DNA of 63,017 nt, filler included, from Octopus bimaculoides (Eukaryota): the NCBI RefSeq assembly GCF_001194135.2. It is 5 parts of 4 records of this genome, joined end to end, with 100 filler letters (N's around TTAATTAATTAA, not from the genome) between each part and the next. Parts side by side here need not be neighbours in the genome. Positions count along the whole stretch, not along the records: positions 13,946 to 42,865 come from NC_068982.1; 4 more parts are not named here. One strand, given 5' to 3'. This document shows, piece after piece, positions 24,153-36,170 of the stretch. The position numbers and the translations under genes are program-made. How positions within the stretch are numbered: position 1 is the first letter of the stretch; each line of letters starts with the position of its first letter. The notes beneath the pieces were generated by a model. The model ran no database searches. It was given only the letters and a program-made list of their open reading frames with translations, and was not told where the DNA came from.

Positions 24153-24461
24153 ATTATTATGATTGTTAAGGTGGCAAGCTGGTAGAATCATTAGCATTCC
24201 AGACAAAATGCTTTGTGGTATTTCATCTATCTTTATGTTCTGAGTTCAAATTCCGCTGAGGGCAACTTTACCTTTAATCCTTTCGGGATCAATAAAATAA
24301 GTACCAGTCAAACACTGGGGTTGGTGTAATTGATTGGACCCCTTCCCCAAAATTTCAGGCCTTGTGCCTTTAATAGAAAGGATTATTATTATCGTTATTT
24401 TCATTAGCATCTTCTTTCAATTTTGTTTCAATTTCTTGCTGCATGTCTTCTTGACACCTAG

Positions 24462-24487
24462 GGCAGAGAAATGTGCTGTATACATTG
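24462..24487 (+). CDS. Candidate exon (26 nt): AEKCAVYI(G)
   Basis: gtcttcttgacacctAG acceptor, TG|GTAGGC donor; phase 1 end matches 26066. Confidence 0.35.
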
Positions 24488-24629
24488 GTAGGCCAATAAA
24501 ATAAACACACTAGATTGTTCATTTACAAAGTCATGTGATAGCGAAAAAGAGGAAGACAGAGAAAAAGGAAAAAATAAAAATAAAAAAGTAAACATAAAAT
24601 AAAGGGGGAAAAAAAGGAAAGAAAATTCA

Positions 24630-24970
24630 CAGCAAATATGTGTGACGTGCAAGATAAGACAATCTTTTGCACTTCCTGCATATATGGTAAGCCAAGAATC
24701 ACTCTTAAATAATTTTCAGTTCCTTTTTTTATCATTCCAAGTGCTCCTACAATCACTGGTATTGTAACAGTCTTGAGATGCCACATCGTTTCGATTTCGA
24801 TTCGCAAATCTTTATATTTTCTGAGCTTATCAAATTCTTTTGCCAAGGTATTATGATTATAGGGTAAGCTCCTGTCTATCAATAAACAGACTTTACTCTT
24901 TTGGTCTTCCACAACAATATCTGGTTTATTTGCCTTGATGGTCCACTCTGTACATACTGGGATGTCCTAA
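24630..24970 (-). pseudogene. 3' fragment of an RLE-type non-LTR retrotransposon (R4/Dong-like endonuclease C-terminus)
   Basis: CLLID..LP..HN..AKEFDKLRKYKDLRIEIETMWHLKTVTIPVIVGALGMIKK...EVQKIVL matches the restriction-like endonuclease tail. Confidence 0.85.
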
Positions 24971-25221
24971 AGAATAATCATATTTTCTCCCCTTACTCTT
25001 TTACTCGTTTCAGTCATTTGACTGCAGCCATGCTGGAGCACTGCCTTTAGTTGAAGAAATCGACCATGGAACTTATTCTTTGTAAGCCTAGTACTTATTC
25101 TATCGGTCTTCTTATGCTGAACCGCTAAGTATCAGGGGACGTAAACACACCAGCATCGGTTGTCAAGCGATGTTGGGGGGACAAATACAGACACAGAAAC
25201 ATATACACACACATACATACA

Positions 25222-25271
<50 letters not shown>

Positions 25272-26065
25272 NNNNNNNNNNNNNNNNNNNNNNNNNNNNN
25301 NNNNNNNNNNNNNNNNNNNNNNNNNNNNNNNNNNNNNNNNNNNNNNNNNNNNNNNNNNNNNNNNNNNNNNNNNNNNNNNNNNNNNNNNNNNNNNNNNNNN
25401 NNNNNNNNNAACTGGTACTTAATTTATTGACCTCGAAAAGATGAAAGGCAAAGTCGACCTTGGCGGATTATTAATTATTATTATTATTATTATTGTTACT
25501 GTTAAGAAGGCAGTGAGTTGGTTGAATTGTTACCATGCTGGACAAAATGCTTAGTGGCATTTTGTTTATCACTACATTCTGAGTTCAAATTCCACTGAGG
25601 TTGACTTTGCCTTTCATCCTTTCTGGGTCGATAAAATAAGTACCAGTTGAGCCCTGGGGATCGATGTAATCAACTTAGCCCCACCCCAGAACTTACTGGC
25701 CTTGTTTCAAAACTTGAAACCATTATTATTATTGTTGTTGTTGTTGTGATAGCCATTCTTGTTCCTGATAGATATTGAGTCTTTATGCAGAATGAAAGAA
25801 GACACAGCGAGATATGAAACCTAGTCATTGTAAGAAGGTGCTTGGTTGCCACAGATAAAACACCATATTCCTGCTAGTGAGCCAAATAGCTGTTGTCAGC
25901 ATTCCTTTGAAATACTACAATTGTTTTTACTTGTTTTTATTTATTTATTTATTTATTTTTTTTACAAGATCATAAATTAGTTTCGTTGAAAGTAGATTTT
26001 TCTCTTTTTCCTTTCCTATTTTTTCCTCCTTCTCTCCCCCTTTTTTTTTTGTTTAATGCCATTAG

Positions 26066-26117
26066 GTGGTTCATTGTCTGACAATATTCATGGAGATTTT
26101 GGAGTTGGGGCCATATG
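26066..26117 (+). CDS. Candidate exon (52 nt): (G)GSLSDNIHGDFGVGAI(W)
   Basis: Long T tract plus attAG acceptor, TG|GTAGAT donor; phase 1 to 2. Confidence 0.55.
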
Positions 26118-26339
26118 GTAGATACTTGTCAAAAGAGAATGAAATAAAGCTAAACGCTTTCTATATATGTGTATTCAATGTTCTTCAACTCAAAGATGAA
26201 TCTTTAACTTGCGACAAAGAAATCACAAAGTTGGTAATGTATGCGCTTATGCGTAGAAGTGTGTATATTGTGTATATGTGTATGTAAGAATGCTCCGCTT
26301 TTACGTTGTCATGCCACCTGGTTTTTAGTGACGTGAAAG

Positions 26340-26433
26340 TTTATACATATATACATACATACATACATACATAATACGTGTGTGTGTGTGTGTGTATGTA
26401 ATGTGTATGTATGTACGTATATATGTGTATGTG

Positions 26434-26487
<54 letters not shown>

Positions 26488-26557
26488 NNNNNNNNNNNNN
26501 NNNNNNNNNNNNNNNNNNNNNNNNNNNNNNNNNNNNNNNNNNNNNNNNNNNTATATA

Positions 26558-26612
<55 letters not shown>

Positions 26613-26741
26613 ATGTTGTCATCATCATTATTTAATGCCTGTTTTCCTTGCTGACATTGGCTGTAGTTATTCGTACATACATACATACATACATACATGT
26701 GTGTGTATATATGCGTGTATATGTATATACATATACACATC

Positions 26742-26796
<55 letters not shown>

Positions 26797-26860
26797 GTAT
26801 GTTTATATAAGTGTGTATTTGTATATATGCATATATGTATGTATATATGCATACATGTCT
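26340..26860. repeat. Compound (TA)n/(TG)n/(CATA)n microsatellite with gap
   Basis: Direct inspection. Confidence 0.95.
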
Positions 26861-27362
26861 GAGTTTTATGCGATGCATGCCAGTGTGTGAAAGTGTCAGT
26901 CTACGTATCACCACAGCGCAAATGCGCATATGCGTGCGTGCGTATGCATTGATATGCGTATGAGGGCTTTCTAGGTGAAATGCTTGCTGTTCATTCTTCG
27001 TGCTAAACATAGATAAACGGAGAATGTTTTGCTGGATTTGTGGGACGTTTAAGATAGTTTATCTCAAAGTTTCCATGTGCTCAAGTTTCTATAAGCTGCT
27101 TAAAAGTGCTTCCACGCATCCTGGGAAAGGAAGAACTGTAGAACCGATAAACAAAGCAGAGGCACTAACATGAAACAGCTTAGATGTCGAAAAAGAAAAA
27201 AAATCCTAAAAAACAAAAAAAAAAAACAAATAAAAAAACCGTGAGGAATTTAAAATGGTTTCATATGAGGCATTATTCCACATGTTTGTTGCTGTAAATC
27301 AAAAATTATATATTACAAATAGCAGTTTCATTTGCTGTTGTGACAGTAGATAACAGTATAAG

Positions 27363-27396
<34 letters not shown>

Positions 27397-27685
27397 TAAT
27401 AATAACAGTTATGCTGATGATGAGGATGATGATATTAATGATAATAATAATAATCCTTTCTATTATGGGCACAATGCCTGAAATTTGTGGAGAGAGGTTA
27501 AGTCGATTACATCGACCCCAGTGCGTAACTGGTACTTATTTAATAGACCCCCAAAAGGATGAATGGCAAAGACGACCTCGGCGGAATTTGAACTCAGAAT
27601 GTGGTGGCAGATGAATACCACTAGGCATTTCGCCCGGCATGCTAACGATATTGACAACTTCCTGTCTTAATAATGATGATGATGA

Positions 27686-27726
<41 letters not shown>

Positions 27727-28229
27727 ATGGGTTATAAGTAAGCAAGCTACTTACCACACAGCCACTCCTACGCCTATGTTCAATTAATCTCTTCAAGGTT
27801 GTACTCCAGTATGGCCGTAGTCCAATGAGTGAAACAAGTAAAAGATAAAAGAAAAGAGACAGATTAGCAAAACAAATGTATACCTTCCATCTTTTATTTT
27901 TCTCTTGTTTCAGTCATTAGACTGGCCATGCTGGGGCACCAACTCGAAGGGGTTTTTGTTGAATGAATCAACCTCAGTAGTCATTTTATTTAAGTACTTA
28001 TTTGATCAGTGTCTTCTGCCGAACTGCTATTTTAGGGAGACAAACACAGGCACAAAATCATACACACACACACATGTATACACATACACATGTACATACA
28101 CATACATGCTTACATGTGCACACATGATGAGCTTCTTTTAGTTTCCATCTACCAAATCCACTCACAAGACTTTGGTCAGCCTGAGGCTGTAGTAGAAAAA
28201 ACTTGCCCAAGGTGCCATGCAGTAGGACT

Positions 28230-28282
28230 ACACACACACACACATATATGTATATGCATATATGTATATATATGTGTGTATA

Positions 28283-28363
<81 letters not shown>

Positions 28364-28725
28364 GTCTGTATGTATATATGTATATATGTGTGTGTTTGTG
28401 TGTGTATATATATATGTCTGTATGTATATATGTATATGTATGTGTGTGTGTGTGTATATATATGTCTGTATGTATGTATATATATATATATGTCTGTATT
28501 TATATATGTATGTATATATATGTGTATATATATATATATATGTATATATGTCTGTGTGTATGTATGCGTATAAACATGTATATATATATACATACACACA
28601 CATATATATACACATATATATATATATACACGCATATATATACACACACATATACACACACACACACATATATATACTATACATACACACACACACACAC
28701 ACATACACACACACACACACATATT
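28230..28725. repeat. Compound (TA)n/(TG)n/(CA)n microsatellite
   Basis: Direct inspection. Confidence 0.95.
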
Positions 28726-28923
28726 TTTTGAACACTTGTACCTGAATGCACAAATTACTCTAAACATGTGCTATGTGGGTTGGAAAAGCAGGCCACACCT
28801 ACTCAGGTTACGACTATAAACATTAATTATTAAATATAAAATGTAAATGATTTCCAATGCTAATTTTATGCATGGAATTCATTGCATAATTCAGTAAATA
28901 GCTAATAATTAGATATCAGACAG

Positions 28924-28982
28924 GCACGATTTCCGCTCTTTTTTCAACATCAATGTACATGAAGCTATTAATCTCACATGCT
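28924..28982 (+). CDS. Candidate exon (59 nt): (W)HDFRSFFNINVHEAINLTC
   Basis: cAG acceptor, T|GTGAGT consensus donor; its first G completes TGG with 26066-26117. Confidence 0.55.
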
Positions 28983-29416
28983 GTGAGTTCAGCTTCAGAA
29001 GATAAAAAAAACTGCAAAAGCGAAAAAAATTGTGTCATAGAAGCAGAACAATACCTACTTACGCTCAGTTTCACAATGGAGCGAGGAATGCGCAAAGGGT
29101 ATATTTTCTTCTTTGTGATTGAGCTAATTTTATGTGTGTGTGTATAGAATTGTAGTAATGAATAGGTTTGTGTGTGTATTTGTACTTGTGTGTGTGTGTA
29201 CGTGTAAATACAACTTCATGGAAAAGTTAAAATATGCTTAACTAGAATGTTATATATGTATAACTAGTGTTAGTATTTGTTGATATTGCATACCTTAGTA
29301 CAATCTGCTGAACCTATCCTATATTTATATATCTATATGCATGCATGTATGTATGTATGCATGCATGTATGTATGTATGTATGTATGTATGTATGTATGT
29401 ATATGTGGATGTATAT

Positions 29417-29780
29417 CATCATCATCATCATCGTTTAACGTCTGCTTTCCATGCTAGCATGGGTTGGACGATTTGATTGGGGACTGGTGAACCAGATGGC
29501 TACACCAGACTCCAATCTGATCTGGCAGAGTTTCTACAGCTGGATGCCCTTCCTAACGCCAACCACTCCGAGAGTGTAGTGGGCGCTTTTTACGTGCCAC
29601 CGGCACTGGGGCCAGTCTGGCAGTACTGGCAACGGCCACGCTCAAATGGTGCTTTTTATGTGCCACCTGCACAGGAGTCAGTCCAATGTTTCGTTCACAT
29701 GCCGCTGGCACGAGTGCCAGTAAGGCAAAGCTGGAAACGATCATGCTCAAATGGTGCTTTTTACGTACCACCGGCACCAG
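29417..29780 (-). mobile_element. SINE family K; further copies at 30703-30892, 36374-36512, 40190-40330, 40820-41045
   Basis: catcatcatcgtttaacgtc(c/t)gctttccatgctagcatgggttggacg...ggatgcccttcctaacgccaacc. Confidence 0.85.
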
Positions 29781-30356
29781 TATCTACCTACAATGAACAA
29801 ATGACATCATCAAAATAGCAAAGCTACGAGACTATCCATGACCAATTCCCAACAATGACAACAAATAGGGATCACGTTTGACCGAGTAATCCTTTAGTTA
29901 ACCCTTTAGCATTCATGTAATTCTCACCCATTCACACTGCTAGGAACCAATCATATAATTTAAAGATCCAACAGAAGTAGAATCCACTGAAAAAGTACTC
30001 CATCCAGTGAGAGACAAATATTACACAACTGAAAGAGCTACTGATAGTTTCATGGTATTATGGTCCTTGGGCAGGCATATTTATAAAATACGAGGGGTGT
30101 ATGAAAGGTCTTGAGCCTCAAAAAAACAAAACATGGTACAAGACCTCAAGACTCAAAACTTTTCATACACTTCTCGTATGTCATGTATCTTAAGGCAATC
30201 CTTAAGATACAAAGTCCTTTCTGAGCCATAAGGCTAATAAGGTTGATTTCTTGGGTTGTATTGTGTATATATTCCTGCTCTTTATGATGGTGGTGATGAT
30301 GATGTGATATGAGTATAATTTCATCAGAGAAAAAAAATGTATATACCTTCTTTCTA

Positions 30357-30450
30357 ACTCTGATGAAATTATACTCATGTCATATAAATATGAATTTAAT
30401 GTACAAATTTGTAATTAAATTAATGAGTATTAATTGAAACGGCTGTAAGA
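30357..30450 (+). ncRNA. Minimal type I hammerhead ribozyme-like motif
   Basis: tct-CTGATGA-aattatactcat...atgagtattaatt-GAAAC-ggct-GTA-aga. Confidence 0.6.
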
Positions 30451-30643
30451 AGCAAAGACGACCAATTTGTTAATAATAAATAATTATTAACTTCTTTATC
30501 TCCATTTTCTTTTCTACTTTTAGATAGCTATAAACTATATGCTTAATATTTTAAAGGGATTTCATTCCCCCAAAATACTAGGTATTGAACCAGTATTTCC
30601 TTGGATGCAACCATCCCTTCATGAGATTAACATATCCTCTAAT

Positions 30644-30678
<35 letters not shown>

Positions 30679-33041
30679 ATATATATATATATATATATAT
30701 ATATCATCATCATCATCATCATCATCGTTTAACGTCCGCTTTCCATGCTAGCATGGGTTGGACGATTTGACTGAGGACTGGTGAAACCGGATGGCAACAC
30801 CAGGCTCCAGTCTGATTTGGCAGAGTTTCTACAGCTGGATGCCCTTCCTAACGCCAACCACTCAGAGAGTGTAGTGGGTGCTTTTACGTGTCNNNNNNNN
30901 NNNNNNNNNNNNNNNNNNNNNNNNNNNNNNNNNNNNNNNNNNNNNNNNNNNNNNNNNNNNNNNNNNNNNNNNNNNNNNNNNNNNNNNNNNNNNNNNNNNN
31001 NNNNNNNNNNNNNNNNNNNNNNNNNNNNNNNNNNNNNNNNNNNNNNNNNNNNNNNNNNNNNNNNNNNNNNNNNNNNNNNNNNNNNNNNNNNNNNNNNNNN
31101 NNNNNNNNNNNNNNNNNNNNNNNNNNNNNNNNNNNNNNNNNNNNNNNNNNNNNNNNNNNNNNNNNNNNNNNNNNNNNNNNNNNNNNNNNNNNNNNNNNNN
31201 NNNNNNNNNNNNNNNNNNNNNNNNNNNNNNNNNNNNNNNNNNNNNNNNNNNNNNNNNNNNNNNNNNNNNNNNNNNNNNNNNNNNNNNNNNNNNNNNNNNN
31301 NNNNNNNNNNNNNNNNNNNNNNNNNNNNNNNNNNNNNNNNNNNNNNNNNNNNNNNNNNNNNNNNNNNNNNNNNNNNNNNNNNNNNNNNNNNNNNNNNNNN
31401 NNNNNNNNNNNNNNNNNNNNNNNNNNNNNNNNNNNNNNNNNNNNNNNNNNNNNNNNNNNNNNNNNNNNNNNNNCCTATCTGTCTGTCTCTGTGTACCTAT
31501 CTGCTTATCTATTTGCCAATATTGTTCTATCTACCTGCCTATTTATCTTTTCATCTGTCTGTCTGTCTTTCTGTCTGTCTGTCTGTCTGTCTGTCCATCC
31601 ATCCATGTGTCTGTGTCTGTCTGTCCTTTTATCTGTCTGCCTATCTTCCTATCATCCTACCTATCTTATTTCTTTATTGCCCACAAGGGGCTAAAAAATA
31701 GAGGGGACAAACAAGGACAGACAAAGGAATTGAGTCAATTACATCAACCTCAGTGTGTAACTGGTACTTAATTTATCGACCCCAAAGGTATGAAAGACAA
31801 AGTTGACCTCGGCAGAATTTGAACTCAGAACATAATGGCAGATAAAATATCGCTTAGCATTTTGCGCGGCATGCTAACGTTTCTGCCAGCTCACCGCCTT
31901 TCTATCTGTCTATCGATCTCCTACCTATCTATCCATCGATCAATTAATCTGTCGGTCTGTCTGTCACCTGAACAGAGCCACTATAAGAGGCCAGGCAAGA
32001 GAGAGAGAGAGAGAGAGTTAAAGAGAAAAGAAAGGGAGAAAGTAAAAGAGAGACGGTGTGCATGTGTGCATATATTTGTGCACGTGTGTTTATGCTATGC
32101 CTAAATATTTACAAATAAAAGCAAAAATAAAAAGACTCCTCCATATTCTATAATAGTGAAGTGAGCATTGGTAATCAATAACCCACACCAAAAATGATTC
32201 TTCACCATCTTTTATGCTTTGATTGTAAGCATCCTCTTGGTAATATATTTTCCCTCTCATCACCAATTTTCATGTCTATATTGCTGCACTTAAACTCTGG
32301 TCACATAACCAACATCTCTTGTTAAACAATGAAAGACTCAGCTGACCACTAATAGGAGTTTTTGATGGTTTTTTAAAGATTAATTGTAAAGGCGTGTAGC
32401 TTAGTGGTTAGGGTGGTCGACATATGATCATAAAGTTGTGAGTTCAATTACCTGTGGTGCATTGAGTCCTTGAGCAAGAAACTTTTTTTTCTTTTGTTCC
32501 AGTCCACTCAGCTGACAAAAATGAGTTGTACTTGTAATCCAAATGGCTAGCCTTGTCATATTCTGTGCCACACAGAGCCAGATTTACCATTGTTTGTTGG
32601 TGTGCTTAAGCACAGGGCCCAATTTCACCAGGGGCGGGGCTCGTCTTCTTGTCCCAAAAAGTTTTTACGATGAATTTCCTGGGCATGTTTGCCTGACTGT
32701 CCACGTAAGGGGCTTCATAGCTTAACTGGCACATTTGTCCTAAATCCGGCACCATTGCCATGCTGAATTTCCCTAAGGGAACATGTATCTGTGGAGTACT
32801 CAACCACTTGCACATTAACTTCACTAACAGGTTGTTGTGTTGATTGAATCACTTGGAGCACTCTTCATCACAACCGACGAAGTGCCAGGCCAAAGATTAA
32901 TTCTACATAAACATGATCAAATGCCGTGAAATTTGGTCATCCAAAACCTCTAATCTTACACAAGACTCTTATAAAATAAATGTAGCATACATTATATATA
33001 TATTTACCATTTATTTTGTTTTGATCTTCTGTATATTCTAG

Positions 33042-33058
33042 TGATTCCATTTGGAATG
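33042..33058 (+). CDS. Candidate exon (17 nt): (L)IPFGM
   Basis: Pyrimidine-rich acceptor ...tatattctAG and TG|GTAAAC donor; phase 1 to 0 fits after 28982. Confidence 0.4.
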
Positions 33059-33274
33059 GTAAACTATAAAGACTGCTAAAGAATTAATTTTGCTGTGAGA
33101 TATTGATTACCAATGTTTTCCGTATTGCTAAGCAATATTCTGGTTTTGTTTATATTTGTGAATATTTCAATACAGCATCACACACACCCACAAAAAATTT
33201 GAATAGAAAACAGGCTTTAAATGATGATGATGATGATAATGATGATGTGAGAGAGAAAGAGAGAAGGAAAGAGG

Positions 33275-33327
<53 letters not shown>

Positions 33328-34033
33328 TCACATCTCATCAAACCATCTTTTTTTTTCTTCAGATATAGTACGTGTAAGATTATATTATCCAGTGTGTGTC
33401 TTTTATTTCTTTTGAAGAGAATATGGTGTGGTTTGAAGGTGGTTTGCTGCTATTTCTAGCAAATAGACCAACTAAATTTGTGACCTCTTCATTGGCTTAA
33501 CCTCTGCTAGAAATTTGAAGCGATTGATTACACTAAAATAATTTAATATTAAAAGATTAATTAAGAGCTTTAATCATTTTTGTATGTACATAATATTTTT
33601 GAATGAACAAGGAATAATTTTGATTGACAGCTCAAAGCTAACCATTTAGCATTCAAATCACTCTTTAATATACTTGGTAGTTTATCATGGTTGCAAAACG
33701 AAATACGGTGACCCTACTAGCAATTAATATGTACATACCAGTTGCCAGGAATGTTTTTAATATGTAAGATTGGTATATCTAATAGTGTTACACCGCTAAA
33801 CTTAAACTTTAAAGCAATGTATTTGTGGATGGTTACCAAATTCGATCTGATACTGATGAAGTAGCAATAACTCTTGAAATATGTATATACACCAGTTGTC
33901 TATTTTTTGATCTTCGATTGCATTGTTTATATAGATGTATTTGTATACGAAACATCATAACTTTCAGTTTTGGCTCTAATTTCTACAGAAAATCTGTACA
34001 GATGCACTTGAAAAAAAGAAAATCAAATTATTC

Positions 34034-34315
34034 GGGCATATGGCATAGTGGTTAAGAGTGCAGGCTACTAACACCAAGATTCCGAGTTCGATTCCAAGCA
34101 GTGACCTGAATAATAATAATAATAACAACAACATCGAAAAATACCTTAGGAATGAGAACTCAGGTTCGAAATTTCCCCAAGACACCTGACGAAGGCTGGA
34201 GGCTATATTAGCCGAAACATTGTGTTAACAACAAACAAGATGAGGACAAATATCCGTCAACTGTAAATAATGTAAATAATGTACATAATTCCTCATCTCT
34301 TGAATATAGAACTGT
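34034..34315 (+). mobile_element. tRNA-headed SINE with a hammerhead-like core in its body
   Basis: A-box tggcatagtgg, B-box gttcgattcc, (AAT)n, then CTGACGA-aggct...agcc-GAAAC at 34186-34218. Confidence 0.7.
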
Positions 34316-34680
34316 CAAGTATAATGTTTGAGATTTTATGATGATGTGATTGTTTATTTTTTAGAATGACACTGTAGTATACGTGTGAGAGGCCAAATCT
34401 GGTCTGCATAAACATAAAACTGGTTGAATATTTAGGTTGGATATGACTGATTCACATGCTTCTAAGGGGGCTAAAATGTTAAATATGATAATGTAAATGG
34501 TTAGATATGTGTGAGACTATGAAACTTGCAAATGAGTGTCTTTGCCATTGAATAGTTACGGATAGACAGACTGGGTTAGGGTGAGAGAAAGAATGACTTC
34601 AAGTGGTCAATACATATTTTGCCTTGATGCTTCCCATTGAATGACTACTGCCATTTCCGCTGTGTTTATGTTGGCTTTAG

Positions 34681-34716
34681 CTTTTGGTCTTGGCTGTAAT
34701 ATGTTCGTTATGGACA
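34681..34716 (+). CDS. Candidate exon (36 nt): LLVLAVICSLWT (hydrophobic)
   Basis: ggctttAG acceptor, CA|GTGAGA donor; phase 0-0. Confidence 0.35.
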
Positions 34717-36125
34717 GTGAGAACAGGTTTCCCCACAAGCACAAATGTTAATTTTATGTGATTATTAAATTATTTATTTAGTAATTCAATTTCATGTTAT
34801 AAGTTATTGAAGATGTTTGAGTTGTGTTTTTCCCCCTCTAGTTTGTTGTTCAATCAATAGACGTATCTTATTTAGAATAGGTGTATCTAGAGCGTTAAAT
34901 GCTCGAAGTTGGTTATCTTTTGTTTCAGTCATTAGACTGTGGCCATGCTGGGGCTTTAAAGAATTTCTTAGTGAAATGAATCAACCCCAGAACTTATTTT
35001 GTTTTCAAATCTTGGTACTAATTCTGTCAGTCTCTCTTTTGCTGAACTGCTAAGTGATGGGAATGTAAACAAACCAGCATCAGTTGCAAGAAGTGGTGGA
35101 GGACAAGCACAGGTACTCACACACGCACACATACATGGCAGGATTCTTTCAGTTTCCATCCACCAAATCTACTCGCAAGGCTTTGGTTGGCCCAAGGCTA
35201 TAATAAAAGACACTCGCCCAAAGTGTCCTGCAGTAGGACTGAATCTGGAATCATGTGGTTCGGAAGCAAGCTTCTTATTTCTTTACTGCCCACAAGAGGC
35301 TACACACAGAGGGGACAAACAAGGACAGACAAATGGACTAAGTCAATTATATCGACCCCAGTGCATAACTGGTTCTTAATTTATCGACCCTGAAAGGATG
35401 AAAGGCAAAATCAAACTCTGCGGAATTTGAACTCAGAACGTAGCAGCAGACGAAATACCGCTAAGCATTTCGCCCAGCATGCTAACGTTTCTGCCAACTC
35501 AATGCCAGAAGCAAGCTTCTTACCACATTGCAATACCTGCACTGATAACAAATAGTTTCCATGGGTCACAACAATTTGTTTCTGAATAAATTTCTATGAT
35601 AGTTTTTCTAGTTACAGTATATCTATGTCAATTAGTTTCATTTAAGTTAGTTTCATTTATTTGTTAGTTTATTCTAAGTGTTAATTTTCTTGATGGAATT
35701 GTTGATTAACATGGGTAATTATTGATCTTGCAATTTATCTAATTGAAGTTGGTGTTACATTGTAATCAGGTCATAGGTGGTTAAGTTTCTGATGTGGTAC
35801 GAGTGCAAAAGGCTGGTACAGCCTTCCAGCATGCTAGCCCAGTCAAACTGTCCAACCCATGCTAGCATGGACAACAGACGTTAAATTATGATGATGATGT
35901 ATGTGCATATGTGTGTGTGTGTGTGTATACATACCATGGACAGGAAGCATTTCTACCACTTCTACACACCACATTCCTTGGATAATGGAACATCTTTATG
36001 CATTTTTATTTTCATTTCTACATTCATCCTCCTATTTCCCTCTCTACTCCTTATTTGTTTCCTTTTCCAGAATAACTCCTCATATTGAGCTCTAATATTT
36101 CCCTCTGTTTAACCATCGCACATCG

Positions 36126-36170
36126 CCTCTGATGAAGGGATATCCCTAATATCCCAGAAACAGCTGTAGG
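36126..36170 (+). ncRNA. Minimal type I hammerhead ribozyme-like motif (degenerate)
   Basis: cct-CTGATGA-a-gggatat..atatccc-a-GAAAC-agct-GTA-gg; palindromic AGCT loop; base of stem II mismatched. Confidence 0.55.

Noticed and set aside
28058-28767. Long ORFs of Y/I/C/V/T/H (also around 26.3-27.0 kb and 38.3-38.9 kb)
   Set aside because: Translations of (TA)n/(TG)n microsatellites.
30781-31771. Long ORFs spanning N gaps (also 7927-8418, 36448-37350, 39218-39834)
   Set aside because: Length is due to Ns; real flanks are SINE or microsatellite sequence.
34034-34105. Possible tRNA gene
   Set aside because: A and B boxes are present but I could not form an acceptor stem, and it continues into a SINE body.
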